Source: Botryllus schlosseri (lineage: Eukaryota). From it: a stretch of 64,000 nt of DNA. The translations under genes and the position numbers were made by a program. Positions 53,341 through 64,000 of this stretch are shown piece after piece (within the stretch, counting starts at the first letter, position 1; the number at the start of each line of letters is the position of its first letter). The notes under the pieces were generated by a model. It had not been told where the DNA came from. It was given only the letters and a program-made list of their open reading frames with translations, and searched no databases. The stretch covers positions 39,558,001 to 39,622,000 of the forward strand of contig CM119371.1 of assembly GCA_051294905.1 (NCBI GenBank), written 5' to 3'.

Positions 53341-56300
53341 AAATGAAGTTTTGTAAAGCATTTCAGTAATAAGTTTTGAAAAGTAAATTTGACCGAGAAG
53401 TCGTGTACTTTTGTGGCCCATGTACTACGGTGGCTGCTTTAGAAATGGCAAGTTACATATTTGCAGACATCTCAAAAAGACGACATCGGGATGAAAAATA
53501 GCACTGATAACAAGATAAGGCATCTCACATATCCTTCACAGTCATATCTTTCGAAATATGGCAGTAGTCCTCATTCCAGACAGCTTGATCGTCCCACACT
53601 TTGGAAGTCAAGACTCCAAAGAGAATAGCACCTGGGCACAAAATCGACCAAGTTTTCAGCTATACAGTCAATTCCTGCATATAGAAAATCAACAACATTT
53701 GTATTCATGCATATTGCCACAGTGTAAAGACCAGGCCCGCACAAGCTACCAATGTAGTTCAGTTGAAGGATAATTAAATACTGTTTTAGTGGTCCTAGTT
53801 CTAGTTGCTTATTTTCAAAGCGATGAATTCTAGTTCTTGTTCTTTAAAAAAAGGATTAGTTGCAGAACAATTAGAAAACGCGAGCCATCGTTAGGTGTAG
53901 TCAGTAGGGCTTTTTTTTCACTAGTCAAAATTATGTCAAAATTGTAGCGTTATATCAAAAAATGAACTTTCTTTCTCTATTCTTGACAAGCTACTTAGTA
54001 AGGCATACACTTTCTACCCGATAATGAAGGAAAGTATCTTTCGTCGTAGTACAAAATTTTTTAATTATTTTTACCATGATGCGTAATGTAACTACTGGAA
54101 TTCTGCATAGAGCTAGATTTTGTTAAAATTAAATTTTTACTTGTAAAAATTTGCCAGTTTTTGAGCGAAAAAGTTTTTTTTCAGCCCAAACTACTTCGAA
54201 ATGACAGACAGTTAAAACCCGAAATGAAGATAAGTGGTACAATTCTAACATTATGTGGGAAACGCCTAATTTGCGTACGATAGGTCAAATTTGGTCAAGG
54301 TGAAAAAAATCAAAATTCTGATTTTTAAGCTCAAAATGTTCCATTTTTGTGGTAAAAAAATCGCCCTACTAATGACAATCATACAGTTAACAAGTGCACC
54401 GACCTAGTACGATACGCTTCCAGTTCCAAGGACATAAAATGATCTCCGCGTATGTTAATAACCTTTCCAAATTAACCTGAAGAGGAGCAACCAAGTTACT
54501 AATGACACCAGTATCCATCCAATGATCATTGGCAGCGTACCAAGAAGCAAATAATACAATAAAGAACTGATTTGAAGTTCAATATATATACATAAAAACT
54601 GTGTATCGGGTTGGGATATCGACGCATTTATATTGATATATAGTTTTTCCGCCGATGACAATATTCGATGGTTAAATGGATGTGGACTGAGAAATATAAA
54701 TAGAACAATATGAGAGAAACTCATTCTAATATACTGGCGTGTCTCTCATTCTTGATGAAGTAGCGGTGTGCTCATTAGGAGTGTACAAAAATAGAAAAAA
54801 GTTCTAATTTTACGGCCTGCTTGATAAAACTGTTAGGGGTTGCCTAAGAAAACGCTGTACAGCACACCAATTTTGGCTCAATCCAAACCTATAGAAGCAT
54901 TGCTATATAAGAAGCAAAGTTATTTGAGTATAAAATTTTTGGATTTGTAAAAATTAAATATATACTCTGGATCTAGTCATCGTGAATACGTTTTGGAATC
55001 CATCAATAACTTCGCTCCTACTGGCTGGAATTGAGCCAAATTTGTTGTGTTACGCTTTTTCACACAACCTGACAATGTTGTGAGACAGCCAGCAGGGTTG
55101 TAATGACTCAAGTCATGACTGAACTCGAGACACGATTTTCTGATGACTCGACTCGAGTCATATTCTCAAAACACGGAAATGACTCGACTCGAGTCATCTT
55201 GTTTAGCGTATTCACTCGATTTGAAATCGAGTCATTGCGGATAACTTGACCCAAGTCATATGACTCGAGATCAGTCAACACAATGACTTGAACTCATAAT
55301 ACCATGACTCGGACTCGGCCCTAAGCTAGCTGACTTGGAGTAGACTCGGGTGTGAATTGAAAATGACTCGACTTGACTCGAGTCAAAACTATAAAAGTGA
55401 GATTGACTTACGACTCGGAGCCTTGTGACTTGGTTACAACCCTGGTAACCAGTAAACATGAAAAACTTTTGGGGTTGTTTTTCCACAGCTTTCTTCTTAT
55501 ATAGCAATGCTTCCATGGGTTGAAATAGCGCCGAAATTGGACCTCAATTTCCATCAAGCAGCCAGTGAAATTGAAAAAAAATTGAACAGCCAAATCGCAG
55601 CATGTCTTAGAAATCAATACTACAAGAAATCAAGTAAAAATGGACGTCATTACTTCTGCTTTTACTGGAGAAACCATTTTAATCACTTTTACGTGTTTCA
55701 TAGTTTTACGAATGCAATTTTACCGGAAATCGATGACAAAACGAACCAACTTGACAACGTGTTCTGTCATGGGGAACGGGAAGTAAGGTAGAACAAACAA
55801 AGCAGTTTCCCGGGAATTACAACTATTAGATCTGCTATCCCATGATCAGAGGACTGATAGAAACTTGAATACTACATTCATATTGAAATAAAACTGACAC
55901 TCGCCACTCGCCAGGGGTGATCCTTATGATCTAGTAAAGATTTCAAAAGCAATTTGTAGCTTATATCATCAATCGTGGCGTCATATTTTGTGATACGATT
56001 GTTGATATCGAATTTTCCTTCGAATTCCTGCTAGTTGCTGACGATCACCCCTGATGAGTGTCAGCCGAAAACGTTTAGGTTCGTTTCAATATGATTATAT
56101 TATTCAAGAAAAGAAATTCCTTACCAAATTAACTATTGCACATTACGCAGTCGATTGCACCGCGCTACGTAACGTCCTGATGAAGCGATAAATATGCCCA
56201 TGCTCCGTCTCTCGCCTGTCGTAATCCGACGGCACGCGATCGCGCTGCAATGGAGATTGAAAAAAATCGCGTGTTATAAGTCTTGTTATCGTATTGATAA

Positions 56301-56416
56301 ATCGAACCTTGGCAGGTTACTCGCAAACATCGTCTGTCGGGCATCAAAACACAGCGCAGACTTGGGGGCAACAAATTTTCAGATTTTCTAAATTAGATAG
56401 AATTATTGCTGTACAG

Positions 56417-57655
56417 CAGGGGCGGGCAACTTCTTCAGTCGGCGGGCCGGATATAGGAAAATTAAGTACTTGACGGGCCGGATTGCTGAATCGATACATT
56501 ATTCGCCATTTATCCACATATACAAGGAATAAATCGTATTTAATGAAAGTATTTTAACGACAGCAATGTCCCTTCAAAGCCATTTCTCACCGATAGTGAC
56601 GAAGACAATGTGTATTTGACAATAGGATTGTCATACAGGCGCCGCCATCTCTGCTTCCGATAACCCCGGTACCCCTAATTTACCAAGATATCAACTCATT
56701 AGGGTTGAGTAGGTGCGACGAGATAGCGTCGGTGTTCAACAGTGTGGCCTGATTAATCTCGATATTGAATTCATGCGGTCCGCGTCCTCTAAAAAATTTG
56801 AAAAGTTGCTCGCGAACCGTTTTGAGTTAGCGACCCCTGGTATAAGCGGTGTCTTACTAGGGCTACCATACGTCCTTTTTTTACGAGGATTTGTCCAATT
56901 TTTATACATTTTTGAGAGTGTCCTCGGAGGACGCCCAAATGTCCTCTTTTTTGAGATTTTGTCCTGTTTTTTGAGAATCTAGGTTAAATATATGGCAAAA
57001 TCGACTGAAATGCAGTATATTAGCACTGAAGTAACGCTCCAGTGGCTATTTCGGGAGACGAGCCGGAAAGTTGACTTATTTTATTAGTCAACCAACTGAT
57101 AATGTGAAAGTAAAAACTGTATTTTGTGCGCTGAGCGAGAAAGTTGACCGTTTTTATTTAAGTCAACCGACCACGAAGTGGAAAAAATTTAACATCTTTT
57201 CAGGATTTTCATCCGGTTTTGCAAGTCTGAAAATTTTGAAAAAGTGTCCTCTTTTCAGATTTCCAAAATATAGTAACCCTACGTCTTAACAAAGCCGGGA
57301 AGTGTGCCTTGCTACAGGTCGGCGGTTACGGAATGAAAAATGAGAAATATCAGCCTGGTGTAAATGACCATTGTAGTTGCCAAACACCATATGATTACCA
57401 CAAACGACATTAGGGTTGAGTACATCGTAAATACCGATAATGCAAGTCATCTCGCTTCGACGAACTTACGCGTAAGCTTCACTCTCGCACGCTGCGCATA
57501 CACATATATTATAACATACAGTCACTAAAATTTGACGTAGTAAGCAAGTAGTGGGAAATCTCTACAGACTGGGGCCGCGGGCCACATTATCATGTAAGAC
57601 GGAAAACTCACCGCGGGCCGGACCCGGCCCGCGGGCCGTATGTTGCCCACCCCTG
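56417..57655. mobile_element. Charlie-like hAT element with a nested MITE at 56858-57281
   Basis: CAGGGGCGGGCAAC...GTTGCCCACCCCTG with perfect TSD CTGTACAG. A paralogous empty site lies at 60623-60630. Confidence 0.9.
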
Positions 57656-58232
57656 CTGTACAGGAAAGTCTTTATCCGAATTTGACTCGAATTAGAATTA
57701 TAGCCACACGTTTTTTTTCAAATTAGATCAGAATTATAGGTAATATCTTTTTCAAATCAGATTAGAATTACGATTGTAACTAGTTTTTTCTTCAAGTCAC
57801 GTTAAAATTAAAATTGCATCTACAGTGAATTCCAAATTAGATTAAAATTAGAATTAGAATAATAGCTACATTTTTCCAAGTTGGATTAGTATTAGAGTTA
57901 TAGCTATTATATTTTTCTTCAAATCAGATTAGAATTAGGTTTAAAACTAGTTTATTTCCAAATAACGTTGGAATTATATTGCAGCTACAGTTTATTCCAA
58001 ATTAGATTAAAATTAGAATAATAGCTATAGTTTTTTTCAAATTAGACCGGAATTTCATTTTATAACTAGTTTTTTCTTCAAATTGAGTCCATTGAAATCA
58101 GAGTCCATTCTCATAAGTCAAGAATTGCAAATGTCAGTGCACAGAAAAATGGGCTCAATTTACAGTGTATAGTTCTCTGTAAACCAGAAATTAGGCCAAT
58201 ATCACAATTAGATCATTGAAACCTCTTACATA

Positions 58233-58500
58233 TCGAGCGAGATAGTGTAATGGTTATGCGTCCGGCTTCTCGAGCGGTAGGTCGTGGGTTCGATCCCCGG
58301 CCGGGTCATACCAAAGACTCGAAAAATGGTATCCGCAGCTATCCTGCTAGGCGCTCAGCAATCACGGATAGCATGGAGGAGAAAAATAACGGGGGCGCAG
58401 ACTAGATGACCTCATGGGGCCGTATCGCAACTCCGTCGCCAAAGCATCTCGATGGTGCAGGCGAGAAAGAATATCATATCTCTCTCTCTCTCTCTCTCTC
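58233..58500 (+). mobile_element. tRNA-derived SINE with a MetaSINE-like central domain and (TC)n tail
   Basis: A box TAGTGTAATGG, B box GGTTCGATCCC, then GGTCATACCAAAGACTCGAAAAATGGTA...CCTGCTAGGCGCTCAGCA. Absent from the paralogous segment near 61740. Confidence 0.75.
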
Positions 58501-60671
58501 TATCAGATTAGAATCAGATTGACGGTATCCGGCTTTAGAATTAAGTAGCTGTCCAAGTTTGCTGCTAACGATCTTAATGTGATGCAAAAAATTGTATCGT
58601 GATTACAGTTTGGCGGTGCTGGACCTAGCACAAGTCCTCAAATAATACTATGAACCAGGCACGTAGCCAGCCAAATAATAAGGAGGGCGTTTTGAAATCA
58701 AAGGGAGGGGTTTCTACTTTTTTCGAACTTACTAATATAGCATACTATATATCAACTCATTAGGGTTAAGTAGGTGCGTAAATGACGATTATACAATCTC
58801 CTCGTGTTGATGAATATACACGTATGATAAGCTTGTCGAGGAAACCGGAAGTGCTGTTAATTAGCGACTACCTGAAGCAATAAATACGCGCGCTTATTAA
58901 CGAGTCGAACAGTTAGACAACACGTCTTTACGTAGCCTAGGTGACGATTTGCGGAAGTCAAAATGTCCGAGCTTTTACGCAACATGTGCTACAGCGACGC
59001 TAATTTCAGGTGCTTCAAACCTTTCCTCTTTTATAACACAAGCCTTGACACACATTTTTTTATGGTTATGTTCAGGTATTAGCGGAAATCAATTACGCAT
59101 GTACATGTTCGCGGATGTTTGTTGTCATTCAGTTTTGCGATGACTTTCTTTAATCACGATTCCAAATCAGCATATACTTATAGGCATTGTCTCCAAGCCA
59201 TCAGGAGATAGAAACCAAACCATACTAGGCCCGAGACGCAGTAGTTAGGCCAGCGATGGTATCTTCCGTACTAGGCCTATTGCAGATGCGACCGTGTAGG
59301 CCAGCGATAGTATAGTGCGCACCGCGCTTATTGCAGAAGCGATTCTTCAACCCAGCGGAACTAGGCTTGTTGAAGACGCTATAAATCAGGCCAGCAACGA
59401 TTGCCAAGCGCGTGGCGATCAAAGAGCTAATTTCTCAATCATCTCAGTGGGAGATAGCTTCACGTTACATTTGGCATAGACGAATCGAGCTAATTGGCCG
59501 CGCGCAACACTGATAATAAGATTTATTGAACTGCAACTGAATATTAGCGTCAGAACGGTTATCTCAAAAGGACGGCGCTTCATAACTAAGGGTTTCGAGG
59601 TTTTCACCCCCGAAACCCTTACTCGGGCTACGGGCCGGCTATGAACTATTAAAAATCGAAATAATCTCACTGTCAAAGGATGCTTTTTTTCATCAAAAAT
59701 TTCCATAGTCTTCTTTTCACTGTCCCATTTTTCGATGAGGTGATAAACAGCTAATGCCATGCTGTATAGACAGAAAATATGAATGGCAACATTATTGGGT
59801 AACGGAATTAGTTTCAACTTGTGCCTGATATTGCAAATTGACTATGGTTCACTTGAATCAAAATCTAGTGTTAATTCCAATTATTGGAGTCGCATAGCGA
59901 GAGATGAGTTTTGAGAGAACTGAATTATCGAGTCACAGTGTTGACAATCGGAAATCGATGACAAAACGAATCAGCTTGACAACGTACTCTGTCATGGGGA
60001 TCGGGAAGTAAGGTAGGGCAAACAAAGTAGTCTCCCGGGAATTACAACTATTATCATGTTATCGCATGATCAGCAGGCCAACAGAAATTTGAATACTATA
60101 TTCATATCGAAATAAACCCAAATATTTGCTCAGCCGACACTTGCCAGGGGTAATCGTTACGAACTAGTAGAGATTTCAAAACAAGTTTGTAGCATATATC
60201 AGCAATCGTGGTGTCATATTTAGCGATACGATTGTTGATGCACATGTTCTTTCCGATTCTCCGCTAGTTGCTGACGATTACCCCTGACGAGTGTCAGCCG
60301 AAAATGTTCAGGTTCATTTTAATATCAATATACTGTTAAAGAAATGAAAATCCTCACCAAAGTAACTACTGCACATTCCGCAACGCTAAATAACGTCCTG
60401 ATGAAGCGATAAATATGACGATGCTCTGGCTCTCGCTTGTCATAATCTGACGGCACACGATCGCGCTGAAATGGAGATCGGAAAAAACACTCGTCGTAAG
60501 TCTTGTTATCGTATTAATGAATCAAACCTTGGTAGGTTAGTCACAAAAATTGTCGGTCATCAAAATACAGCACAAACTTGGACAACATATATTCAGATTT
60601 TCTAAATTAAATAGAAATATTGCTGTACAGTGTTCATCCAAATTAGACTTGAATTAGAATTATGCCACACA

Positions 60672-60841
60672 CAGGAGCGTAGCCAGGGAGTGGTTTCAGG
60701 GGTCGTCAACACAAGGAGATTCTATAATCGTCATTTACGCATGTACTTAACCCAAATGAATTGACGCTATATTAGTAAATTCGAAACAACTCCCTTTCAT
60801 TTCAAAACCATCTTATTATTTATCGACTGGCTAAGCGCCTG
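60672..60841. mobile_element. Short hAT MITE (related copy starts at about 58656)
   Basis: CAGGAGCGTAGCCAG...CTGGCTAAGCGCCTG with perfect TSD GCCACACA. Confidence 0.8.
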
Positions 60842-63800
60842 GCCACACAGTTTATTGCAAATTAGATTAAAATTAGAATAATAGGTACATGGGTTTTTCC
60901 GAATTAGAATTATAGCTACAGGTTTTACAAATTATAGCAAACCACTAATTATGGCTGATAGTATTTTTTTAAATTAGACTAGAATTAGGATTATACCTTG
61001 TGTTTTTTTTTAGTTGGAATTGAAATTATAGCCACAGTTTATTCCAAATTGGATTAAAAATAGAATATTGGCTACAGAGTCTTTTCCAAATTAGACTAGA
61101 ATTCGGATCATTTGTTTTTTCTTCAAATTATGTTAGGATTAAAATTACAGCTAGGCTACAGTTTATTCCAAATTAGATTATAATTACAATAATAGCTACA
61201 CAGGATTTTTTTTCCAAATTAAACTAGAATTAGAATTATAGTAACACAGTTTCCTTCCTAATTAGATTAAAATAGAATTATACCAGATATTTTCCAAATT
61301 ACATTAGAGTTGAAATTGTAGCTACGGTTTATTCCAAGTTGGATTAGAATTAGGATTACGACTATTTTTTTCAAATTACTTTGGAATAACTTGTGACTGA
61401 AGCTTATTCAAAATTAGATTAAAATTAGAATATCAGCTACAGTTTTTTTCAAATTAGACTAGAATTAGAATTATGACAAGTTCTTTCATTGAATTAAGTT
61501 AGGCTTAAAATTTTAGCTACAGTTTTTTCCAAATTCGAATTACTGACTTTGCGAAAACTTGTAAATTGAATGGAGTTCGTTGATATCAAATTAGAGCGCA
61601 TTCTCATAAGTACAGGAATTGAAAATGTCTGTGCACAGAAAACTTGGGTTGCTTTGCAGTGTATAGTTCTCGTGTATAGCAACTGCAGGATATCCAGAAA
61701 TTCGGCCAATATCATAATTACAATTAGATCGTAGAAACATTTTACAAATTAAACTAGAATTAGATTGATGGCATCTGGCTTTAGAATTAACTAGTTGTCC
61801 AAGTTTGCTACTAACGAACTTGATATAATGTGTAAAAATTTATATCGGGTTTGCGGATTGCATGTGCCGTATATAGCACAACAAGTCTTTAAACAATCGG
61901 CCTACTATCAACCATTAAAAATCGAAAATATCTCGCTGTCAAAGGATGCCTTTTTTCATCAAAAATTTCCATAGTCTTCTTTTCCCTGTCCCATTTTTCG
62001 AAAAGATGATACACGGCTAACGCGACGCTGTATGGACAGGAAATACGGGTGGCAACATTATTGGGTAACGGAATCCGTTTCAACTTGTCCCTGATATTGC
62101 AAATTGATTATGATTGACATGAAGAATTGAGTGGTAATTGTAATTGAAGTCGTATAGCGAGAGATGAGATTTGAGAGAACTGAATTATCAAGTCATAGTG
62201 TTTTGACTCGAGCGCGAATCCACCTTTTTCAACTACGACCGAGTGATATAGAATAGTTTGCACTCATAATTTCGTAATCTTCTTCAGTCCTAACAGTTTC
62301 TGGTCTTATTTTCCGAGTATCAGGACTGATAGACGAAATGCCAATCATGCAAGGGAATTCTTCGAAGTTACAATGAAATGTCTGTCTCATCTGTCCTAGT
62401 CTCGAGTCATATGACTTGGTTCGAGTCATATGGCATAGGCATTGACTCGAGTCTAGTAATCAAAAAATCGTGATTGCGCTGATTTCTGGCAATCCAAAAG
62501 CTAGCCTATCGTTCAGAGCGCAGAATTTGTCGAGTCTTGTCTTGATCGAAACCTACTGTCGCACTAATTCCGAAAAAATAAATCAAAATATGAATTCCGG
62601 ATTTCATCCATTCACTGATTAAATTGTCAGGTTACCCTGAAAATTGCTACACACAAATGTTGGCTCAATTCCAACCAATAGAAGTGAAGTTATAGCAGTG
62701 GAGAATTTTGAATTAATATTAATATGAAAATTTACAGTGAAATTTCAAATTTTTTCTGTCTACCCTATAAACATGTTAGGTTATCAGTAGAGATGATGCA
62801 AACCAGATTTGGCTCAATTTAAACCACTAGAAGCGAAGTTATTGCTGTAGAAAAATTTGGATTTGAATAAAATAGTATTTACGGTGACTAACTCTTTAAA
62901 TCAGTGATTCCAAACCGCGGCCCCCAGCTGGCCTTCTTGCGATCCCCAAAAAATATTGAGAAATCGTGTTATGACAAAAAATAAAATTTATATTTATAAA
63001 ACACTCTTGCTTGGCTTGGAGTCTGAAGTTTATCATTGGGATCGCAGGAAAGTCGTGAGTAGACTGCTATCGTTTCGTCACTGCTGTTTCGATGCAATGT
63101 GTCATAACTAGGGCAAGTTTTTGCTGCAGTTACATCCGCGGAAAGTTGCATTTATTTATTTATTTTTGACAAAAGTTGCGAAAGTTGCACTAAAAGACCA
63201 CATTTTGCTCGGTTGACTAAAAAAAGGTCAATTTACCGGCTCAGCTCCCGAAATGCCCGTACTTCGGTGCTGATTTACGGTGTTTCAGTCGAATTTGGCC
63301 GTTTATTTCACCAAAACAGAAAATACTTCCATGAAAAGTCGAAAAAGTTGCAAAATGTTGCATAGAGTAGCATGAAAAAAATGGACAAAAGTTACACTAT
63401 AAGATTCCTTCAAACAGCATTCTACATATCTTACGAGCAATGTTCCCTCTAAGCTGCGCGCGTGCGCAAATGCGCAGTACTGAAACGGTTTCCGCGCACA
63501 GAAAATCTTGGCTGCGCACAAAAAATCCGAAGTGATGACTTTTTTTAATCGTTGCGCACTGTTGTCCAAGGCACCGCGCAGGCGCTCAGACTCGAGAAAA
63601 ATGAGAGGAAACATTGCCAGGGGTAAATAGTGCTATCGCTGAAGTCTGAAACCGAGGTAAGCCTGCAGCCCGCAAAGGGAAATATTGCGCTCTGCGAAGC
63701 AATGAGAATTTGCAATCGTGTGCACCTCACGAAACAGATTTTTTTTTAGAATGATATCGTACGCGTGAGCGATACTGATATCATTTCAATAGCGCATTCC

Positions 63801-64000
63801 TTGTGGGAATGGCGATATAAAATGGTGTAACCATAGTGTCCTATATGGTGTCGACACAAGCAAATCGCACGGTTCAATGAAATTGTATCACGTCACAGTT
63901 TCCATTTGGCTACAGGCAATTTGACGGTGATTTTTGACCGGCTTGCCGAGCATTAAATTTGATGAATCGGGTATCAATCGAAAGCTGACTCTGCATTGAT

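Larger units (their letters stand above)
57664..61620. repeat. Degenerate AATTAG/TTAGAA satellite-like tracts (57664-58100 and 60630-61560; related tracts at 11900-12070 and 51900-52020)
   Basis: Recurrent CAAATTAGATTAAAATTAGAATTATAGCTACAG units. Confidence 0.8.

Noticed and set aside
58233..58310. Functional tRNA gene
   Set aside because: Poor acceptor stem, and it continues into a SINE body and microsatellite tail.
59419..59817. 132-aa ORF with a paralog at 61889-62083
   Set aside because: Lies in the duplicated repeat unit, starts at a non-ATG codon and has no recognisable domain.

Overview
Repeat-dense, AT-rich eukaryotic (metazoan) DNA with GT-AG introns, tRNA-derived SINEs and many hAT-type MITEs. 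A marine invertebrate such as an ascidian is plausible but cannot be shown from the sequence. The main host gene is an NLR-type gene. Its short N-terminal exons (29375-29300, 29121-28899, 23280-23146) and a large NACHT exon (17207-15810) lie on the minus strand. The only clear LRR exons nearby (about 6105-8692) lie on the plus strand, inside a 10.2-kb cassette bounded by near-identical 3.4-kb inverted repeats (1647-5047 / 8433-11833). Inverting that cassette would make the NACHT and LRR exons colinear. The N-terminus shows no recognisable death-fold domain; instead it carries two homologous N/V/I-rich exons, one with a RHIM-like IQMG motif. Also present: a young Mag-clade-like Gypsy element (46669-51295; LTRs identical by eye, one in-frame stop), hATm-like transposase relics, an intronless decayed DCAF1 copy, nested transposons, a tRNA-Leu fragment and a local tandem duplication at 55.7-62.2 kb. 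All alignments and splice calls were made by eye.
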